A stretch of 64,000 nt of DNA. Origin: a virus (lineage: Duplodnaviria; Caudoviricetes). Shown here one piece after another: positions 58,209-64,000 of the stretch. The stretch's first letter is position 1. Each line of letters opens with the position of its first letter. The notes below the pieces were generated by a model. That model was not told the origin of the DNA. It searched no databases and was given only the letters and a program-made list of their open reading frames with translations. Both the position numbers and the translations under genes were made by a program. The stretch spans positions 352,001 to 416,000 of the IMG/VR virus record IMGVR_UViG_3300014205_000170. One strand, written 5' to 3'.

Positions 58209-58781
58209 ATGGAAAATCAAAACGAAGCACCTAAAGTTACAGCAGCAGAAGTAGCAGATTGGGAAGAGAATTTTAAAAAAACAGTAAGTCCACTTGTGAA
58301 ATTTGACAAACAAGATAATGGATATTCTATGAAGTTTTATAATGGTGAAAGTGGCATTGATGCCTACTGGTCAGGAACCATTATGTTAAAAGCTGATAAT
58401 TATATAAAATGGAGTTTTTCTGTTTTAAATGGTGTGTTTATGGATGCAAAATTTAATATTGAAGAAAGTAACAAAGGCATTCCTGCAAATCTATATGAAT
58501 TTTATAAAAGTTGGGAAGCAGAAGTTGCTTCTACAATTACAGAACCAGAAGATAAAGGCGACCAAGCACCGCCTCCAATAGCACAACCTGGCGGAACATT
58601 AGCGGGTCCAGAATCAAACAATATACCAGATTCTACAATTGCTACACCTGGCACAGGACAGCTTTCTGAGGGAAGTTTAATTACTAGAACAGGAGTTCCT
58701 TCTGTAAGTAGAAAGAATTTAAAAAGAGAATCAGTGATAATGGATAGCATGGAACGCATGCGAAGATTAGCAGGACTTTAA
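58209..58781 (+). CDS. hypothetical protein with C-terminal RMRRLAGL tag
   Basis: 190 aa ORF. Confidence 0.75.
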   Translation: MENQNEAPKVTAAEVADWEENFKKTVSPLVKFDKQDNGYSMKFYNGESGIDAYWSGTIMLKADNYIKWSFSVLNGVFMDAKFNIEESNKGIPANLYEFYKSWEAEVASTITEPEDKGDQAPPPIAQPGGTLAGPESNNIPDSTIATPGTGQLSEGSLITRTGVPSVSRKNLKRESVIMDSMERMRRLAGL

Positions 58782-58791
58782 AAAAAATATC

Positions 58792-59103
58792 ATGAATTTA
58801 TCTGAATCATTTAAAAAAAGACTTAAAGAACTTAGTGGAATAAAAAATGTAATGAATGAAATTATTCTTTTTCCAGATGATGTTTTATTTCCGGCTACTT
58901 TTACAATATTGACTCAACAAGCTGCTGATAAAGCCAAAGCTAAAAATATTGTTCCTTCATATAAACATAATGGTTATCATTTTACCGTTAAAAACAGAGA
59001 AGAGTTAAATCAATTAATGGATTTATATAAAGAAGGTAATAAATATAATAATGAAGATATTATAGGTACAGATGTTAATGATATAAAATTCGGACAATTA
59101 TAA
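58792..59103 (+). CDS. hypothetical protein with N-terminal RLKELSGI tag
   Basis: Starts MNLSESFKKRLKELSGI. Confidence 0.75.
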   Translation: MNLSESFKKRLKELSGIKNVMNEIILFPDDVLFPATFTILTQQAADKAKAKNIVPSYKHNGYHFTVKNREELNQLMDLYKEGNKYNNEDIIGTDVNDIKFGQL

Positions 59104-59165
59104 TTTTTTATACTTTGAGGTTTGGATGTGTGGATAGTCATTAAATAATTAGAAGAACTATAAAT

Positions 59166-59194
59166 AAAAAAAGGCCAGAAATTGGCCTCTTTTT
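59166..59194. terminator. bidirectional terminator
   Basis: A-tract, AGGCCA-gaaat-TGGCCT, T-tract between convergent units. Confidence 0.65.
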
Positions 59195-59287
59195 ATTTTA
59201 TTGATATCCTAATTTAGTGATTTTCTATTTTAAATGGAGTTTTTTATTTCGAGCCAAAATGCTCTGATTTCAATGTCTTCAATCATA

Positions 59288-59479
59288 TTAACTTTCACTT
59301 ATTTTAGAGTTTTTCAATTTTATTTCTTTGGAATCGTTATTTATTCTTTCTAAAAGGTTAATAAACTTACCAGCTTGAACTTCTGTGAAATTTGTATTGT
59401 TTATACAAAACAGTTCCAAATCTTTATAAGTATTTTCATTTAATTGTGCTTGTAATCTTTTTATTTCTTTCATGTCCAA
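59288..59479 (-). CDS. small hypothetical protein
   Basis: 63 aa ORF following 59486..59977. Confidence 0.55.
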   Translation of the reverse strand: MDMKEIKRLQAQLNENTYKDLELFCINNTNFTEVQAGKFINLLERINNDSKEIKLKNSKISES

Positions 59480-59485
59480 ACTTAA

Positions 59486-59977
59486 TTAATTTTTTATTAC
59501 TTTCCAAGAAATAAGTGGATTTGATTCATAATTTAATGCTTGTCTAAGAATAACAAATTTGAATTTCTTCCCATTAGCCAAAGTATCATTACCTTGAATT
59601 TTGATATAATCGCCATCCTTAAGTTTCTTACTTTCGCTTGCATCAGTTACTTTAAATAAATCATCTAATTGCCTTTGTACTTTAATGGTTACATCTTGAA
59701 AATTGAAAATAACCGTTTCTCCTGGTTTAGCATCGAAAATACTTTCTTGTTTTTCGTTTGTTGTAGGAGTTGGTTGTGAACCACTATTTGGCATTGTGCT
59801 AGATGTGTTTGTTTGTGCACCGGTTGAGGTAGCAGTGTTCATTTCGTCTAATCGTTGCATTTCTTCCATTAACTTGGATTTCTTGCTTTCAAGCTCAGTT
59901 TTTTTGTCTTGTTTTAAAACTTCATTTTGAATTAGTGAATTCAATTCACTCCTTTTAATTTTTATTTCACCTGACAT
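59486..59977 (-). CDS. hypothetical protein, putative head-associated
   Basis: IKIKRSELNSLIQNEV N-terminus; TATTTA on the minus strand at 59994-59999. Confidence 0.7.
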   Translation of the reverse strand: MSGEIKIKRSELNSLIQNEVLKQDKKTELESKKSKLMEEMQRLDEMNTATSTGAQTNTSSTMPNSGSQPTPTTNEKQESIFDAKPGETVIFNFQDVTIKVQRQLDDLFKVTDASESKKLKDGDYIKIQGNDTLANGKKFKFVILRQALNYESNPLISWKVIKN

Positions 59978-60057
59978 ATTAATTGTTTTACCATAAATAT
60001 CTACAATTTACTGAAATTTGGATTGATTTTTTTAATAAAATCTATTTTATTTACATT

Positions 60058-61932
60058 ATGTCAGTAGAGATAAAAAAGCTTAGGACCAATTTTGAGGTCA
60101 GATTTCCTTTTAATAAGGCTTTAAACGAGTTTATTAAATCTCTTCCAAAGGACCAACAACAAACTAAAATGGATACCATTCAGCGAGAAAATGGTACCTT
60201 ATTTCAAGATTGGTACAAAGTAGTTAATGAGGCTGGACTATCTAAGATAATAGATTTTATCAAATGCAATAATTTAAAATTCAAGTTCACCAATATGGAA
60301 CCTGAAGATATTGAAAAATTAAAGCAAGAATTCAAACAAAGACAAAATAGAGGAGAAGAAGCATTAAAAGCCAGAGCTAAAGACTTAGATGTTTCTAAGT
60401 TTGAAATTCCAAACATGGCTCTACAACCATACGCCTATCAAAAACAAGCTGTAATGTTTTTCGAAAAAGCTGATGGTAAATGTATTTTAGGAGATTCACC
60501 GGGAGTTGGAAAAACATTAAGTGCTATTTCATATGCTGTAAAAAACAAACTTAAAACATTGATTGTATGTCCGGCTTCTTTAAAACTCAATTGGAGAAAT
60601 GAGATAGAAAAATTTACACACGAAAAAGCTTTCATATACAAATACAAACCAAAAAAGCGCTCTACCGAAAAAATATATACAAAAGAAGAAGCTTTGTTTC
60701 ATATAATTAACTATGAAGCATTAGAAACATTTGTAAAATTGAGCATATCTCATAAGTGTTCTTATGTACAATGTGGTTGGAAAGAAATCAATACGAAGAA
60801 AAAATATGACGAATGTCCTTCTTGTAAAAAGAAAAAAGCTATAAAATCCAGAGTTGTGGGTACAACTTTTCAAGATAAAGATGGTGTAAACCTAGACCCA
60901 AATGCATATGAATTGATTGTGTGCGATGAAGCTCATTATCTAAAGAACTCTAAGACAAACAGAACAAAGGTCATTAAAAAGGCTTTTATAGACGTTCAGA
61001 AGAAGATTTTACTAACCGGTACAGCAATTAAAAGTGTTCCGTTTGAATTCTTTTCTTTGTTGAATTTTATTGACCCTGCTGAATGGAAAAGTGCACATCA
61101 CTTTGGGGTTCGATATTGTGCTGGTTTTCAAGATGATTTTGGTTGGGATTATTCTGGTAGTTCAAACCTAGATGAATTATACCAAAGAATATCACCATAT
61201 TTCTTAAGACGCTTAAAATCAGATGTATTATCATTTCTTCCTCCAAAAACCTATACTCACATACCTATTGAATTAACAGCAGAAGAATTCAGAGAATATG
61301 CTAAAGTAGAAAAAGGGATTGTTGATGACACTGATGAAACTTCAAATGATGCAGACCACCTATCTAGAATTCAAAGACTTAAAATGTTTACATCTAAAGC
61401 TAAGGCTGAACGAGGTATTACTTTAATAGAAGATATTATTGCTGGAGATGAAAAAGTAGTGGTTTTTACAGAATACCTTTCCACTGCTGATAGAATAAAA
61501 GATTATTTTGGTGATAATGCTGTTTTATTTACAGGACAAAAAAACGTTTCCGAGAAACAAGAAGCTGTTGACCGATTTATGAAAGATGATTCGGTTAAGA
61601 TATTTGTTGGAACCATAGGAGCTGCCGGAGTAGGTATAACACTTACAATAGCCAGCATTGCAGTGTTTATAGACCAGCCATGGACACCGGCTGATAGAGA
61701 ACAAGCGGAGGATAGAATTCATAGAGCTTCCACAACTTCTGATAAAGTTCAAATAATAAGATTAATTTGTCAAGGAACAATTGACGAAGATATCGTATCT
61801 TTGTTACACAAAAAAGAAAAAACAACTTCTTTAGTATTAGATGCGGTCGTTGCTGATAAAAAAGTTCGCAGATTACAAGGAAGTATTTTTAGGGATTTAG
61901 TTACATTAATATTAGATAAAAAGAAGACATAA
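60058..61932 (+). CDS. SNF2-family (SMARCAL1/HARP-like) helicase with Zn-ribbon insertion
   Basis: DSPGVGKT, CPASL, DEAH, LTGT, LRRLK, GVGITL, QAEDRIHR; ATG at 60058 preferred. Confidence 0.93.
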   Translation: MSVEIKKLRTNFEVRFPFNKALNEFIKSLPKDQQQTKMDTIQRENGTLFQDWYKVVNEAGLSKIIDFIKCNNLKFKFTNMEPEDIEKLKQEFKQRQNRGEEALKARAKDLDVSKFEIPNMALQPYAYQKQAVMFFEKADGKCILGDSPGVGKTLSAISYAVKNKLKTLIVCPASLKLNWRNEIEKFTHEKAFIYKYKPKKRSTEKIYTKEEALFHIINYEALETFVKLSISHKCSYVQCGWKEINTKKKYDECPSCKKKKAIKSRVVGTTFQDKDGVNLDPNAYELIVCDEAHYLKNSKTNRTKVIKKAFIDVQKKILLTGTAIKSVPFEFFSLLNFIDPAEWKSAHHFGVRYCAGFQDDFGWDYSGSSNLDELYQRISPYFLRRLKSDVLSFLPPKTYTHIPIELTAEEFREYAKVEKGIVDDTDETSNDADHLSRIQRLKMFTSKAKAERGITLIEDIIAGDEKVVVFTEYLSTADRIKDYFGDNAVLFTGQKNVSEKQEAVDRFMKDDSVKIFVGTIGAAGVGITLTIASIAVFIDQPWTPADREQAEDRIHRASTTSDKVQIIRLICQGTIDEDIVSLLHKKEKTTSLVLDAVVADKKVRRLQGSIFRDLVTLILDKKKT

Positions 61933-61935
61933 ATT

Positions 61936-62661
61936 ATGGAAGACAAAAAACAAAATGAAATTAACTACCCTGAGTATGTGGCAGAGCTAAAAGAATTTGC
62001 AAGTGACGAAGAGCTTGAAAAGTTTTTTACGCGTTTAAACTTTAACTATGGGGGAGGTACAGTTTTGTCTAAAGAACAAGTAGAATCTTTTTTTCATAAT
62101 AATCTTCACAAATCTGATACTCAAGATATACTTACGTTGTATATTGATACAATTAGAATGCTTCGTTTGTTTGATAAAAATGAAAATGATATTATTGGTT
62201 TGAACGAAACTGGAATAAAACATTTACACGACACATTAAGTAGTGAATACAAAGGAAGTGTTGATGACATTAAAAGTGCAGAGTTTAAAAAAGCAACTTC
62301 ACCATTTTTAAAGTTGAATGGTGAATATGGAAATATAAAAGTAGAACTAATAGCTTCTTTGAGAGATTTAAATCACGAAGGTACTCGCATGAATCATTGT
62401 ATTGCAACTTATAGTGATATTATTATCCGTAAACATTATTTAGGTTTCAGAGTTTATAATAAGAAAACTGGCGAAAGATTAACTTTGGGTTGTTTTAGAA
62501 ACCCAGATGATGATAATCTCTATTTTAATCAATTAAAAGGTTGGGGTAATTGTCCAGCAAAAAAAGAGAGTTGCGTGGCTATTATAGAATTTTGTAAAGC
62601 CAAAGGCATAACTATCACAGAATCAGAATCATATGATTTAATGTTAGCATTTATTAATTAG
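61936..62661 (+). CDS. PcfJ-like domain protein
   Basis: LNHEGTRMNHCIATY...RLTL...QLKGWGN. Confidence 0.85.
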   Translation: MEDKKQNEINYPEYVAELKEFASDEELEKFFTRLNFNYGGGTVLSKEQVESFFHNNLHKSDTQDILTLYIDTIRMLRLFDKNENDIIGLNETGIKHLHDTLSSEYKGSVDDIKSAEFKKATSPFLKLNGEYGNIKVELIASLRDLNHEGTRMNHCIATYSDIIIRKHYLGFRVYNKKTGERLTLGCFRNPDDDNLYFNQLKGWGNCPAKKESCVAIIEFCKAKGITITESESYDLMLAFIN

Positions 62662-62686
62662 TAACTTTTTCCACTATTTTTCGTTC
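62661..62686 (+). promoter_or_regulatory. putative ECF-sigma-type promoter
   Basis: GTAAC 62661-62665, N16, CGTTC 62682-62686. Confidence 0.6.
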
Positions 62687-62700
62687 AAGAAATAGATAGT

Positions 62701-64000
62701 ATGAGTGCACAAAAAAGAATAGATTTTTTAAAAAATCAATTTTCAAAGGTCGATAGAGAATCTTTTGAAAAGCTTATTCAGGCTGACCCAACGCCAGAAA
62801 AGAAATATTCTACTTGGCTATTAAAACTATTTTCAAAATCCTCTTTAAATCTTAATGATTTACCAACTGTAACAGAAGCAATTTCTATTCATGCAGATTT
62901 AAAACAAGACATACCAGAACATTTAAGAGATATAAATAGATTTGACTCTGTTGTATCATTTTTATTTACATTAAATAAATGGCTTGTAAACAGATTTAAT
63001 GAAAATGAAAAAAATATTGAGTTTTTAAAAGCTGGTGGCGATTTAATTTTTGATAATGAGGATTGTACTATTACAAAAGTATTAAGTTATCATGGTTCTG
63101 TTCATTTTGGAAGTGGCACTTCTTGGTGTACGCTCAAGATGGATTCTTATAACAGCTATGCGCAACAAGGGTACTTATATATTTTTACTCCAAAAAATGG
63201 AAAATATACAAAATATTTTGGCAAAAAAACGCAACTCCATTTTGGTAAACATGAATTTAGAAATCATGATAACACAGAGATTAATTTAACAAATATCATT
63301 TTAAATAATCCTGAATTATATGAACCATTTAAAATGATAGATGGTTTACAAAGTGATAATAAAATTTATGATTTTTTCTTTTTTGAAAAACTAACTCCTA
63401 GCGACAAAATAAATGCCGTTTCTACATATGGTTTTTCGATTTTGTCTTTTTTAAAAGAATTCTCATCAGATTTTATCAACAGATTATTCATGGAATATGG
63501 AGAAAAAGCTTACAAACACGTTCCTGAATCTTTAGAAAAAACTAAATCTTATGTTTCTCACGTACAAGATGGTTTGAAAAAATTATTAATCAAAGGAGAA
63601 GAAATTACACATGAGATATTTAAAGAATCAGTTAAGACATTTCCTGAAAATATTTTATTACTAGATTACGATGATGAAGATTTGTGGTTAGAAGTTCTTA
63701 AAAAAGAAGCTTGGTTAATTAAAAAAAGTCCTTTTATAAAGGATGCTCCAAAATTATTAACAGCAGTTAAAAATAATTATGGAATCATTAAATATATTTC
63801 TCCTATAAAAACTTTTTCAATTGAACAAAGGATAGAATTGGCGGAATGTTTGGTAGACGATTCTTGTGAAAATTATTTAGAATATTTACGCGCATTAGGA
63901 GAATTTGATGAAAAAGCTCAAGAAAAACTTGTAAAATTAAATCCTCATTCTGTAGATTATTTAGTTTCAGCTTCTGAAAAAGTAAAAGAACTTTCAGAAA
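62701..64000 (+). CDS. large hypothetical protein (3' truncated; absent from ORF track): ADPT/WCT domain plus helical repeats
   Basis: Own translation: MSAQKRIDFLKNQF...ADPTPEKKYSTWLL...FGSGTSWCT...; frame open to the window end. Confidence 0.85.
   Translation, partial: MSAQKRIDFLKNQFSKVDRESFEKLIQADPTPEKKYSTWLLKLFSKSSLNLNDLPTVTEAISIHADLKQDIPEHLRDINRFDSVVSFLFTLNKWLVNRFNENEKNIEFLKAGGDLIFDNEDCTITKVLSYHGSVHFGSGTSWCTLKMDSYNSYAQQGYLYIFTPKNGKYTKYFGKKTQLHFGKHEFRNHDNTEINLTNIILNNPELYEPFKMIDGLQSDNKIYDFFFFEKLTPSDKINAVSTYGFSILSFLKEFSSDFINRLFMEYGEKAYKHVPESLEKTKSYVSHVQDGLKKLLIKGEEITHEIFKESVKTFPENILLLDYDDEDLWLEVLKKEAWLIKKSPFIKDAPKLLTAVKNNYGIIKYISPIKTFSIEQRIELAECLVDDSCENYLEYLRALGEFDEKAQEKLVKLNPHSVDYLVSASEKVKELSE

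Noticed and set aside
59230-59286. 18-codon minus-strand ORF (MIEDIEIRAFWLEIKNSI)
   Set aside because: Too short to support without homology or expression data

Overview
Very AT-rich, gene-dense 64 kb segment of a large lytic myovirus-type (jumbo-like) phage, read in standard code 11. It carries a T4-type head module (gp23-like major capsid protein, acidic scaffold, gp21-like protease) and part of a contractile tail module (two gp26-like chaperones, tape measure, baseplate proteins, hub with M15 peptidase). Replication and nucleotide genes include DnaE, an atypical family A polymerase, RecA/UvsX, a 5'-3' exonuclease, a DnaB-type helicase, NrdAB, an SNF2 helicase and a Cas4/RecB-like nuclease. 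Lysis genes are scattered, and there is tRNA-Arg(TCT) plus auxiliary genes (gmd, Hsp20, a PAPS-reductase-like protein, an HxGH nucleotidyltransferase). Repeated TAnnTTTG promoters point to a Bacteroidota host. Best candidate for an undescribed system: a short terminal peptide tag (R-[ML]-x-x-[LM]-[AS]-G-[IL]) and a second amphipathic helix shared by the scaffold and many unrelated proteins. These include a WYL protein, an ART-like protein, a kinase with reversed lobe order and an HExxK/UVR protein, mostly behind a common TATTTA motif, which suggests a tag-directed capsid cargo-loading system. Other notable items: a four-member GTAAC-N16-CGTT ECF-type regulon, a thumbless PolA, duplicated G/GT-like tail chaperones, four degenerate tail-tube paralogs and a ~28 x 22-aa repeat protein next to the tape measure. 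All calls come from motif recognition by eye; no searches were run.
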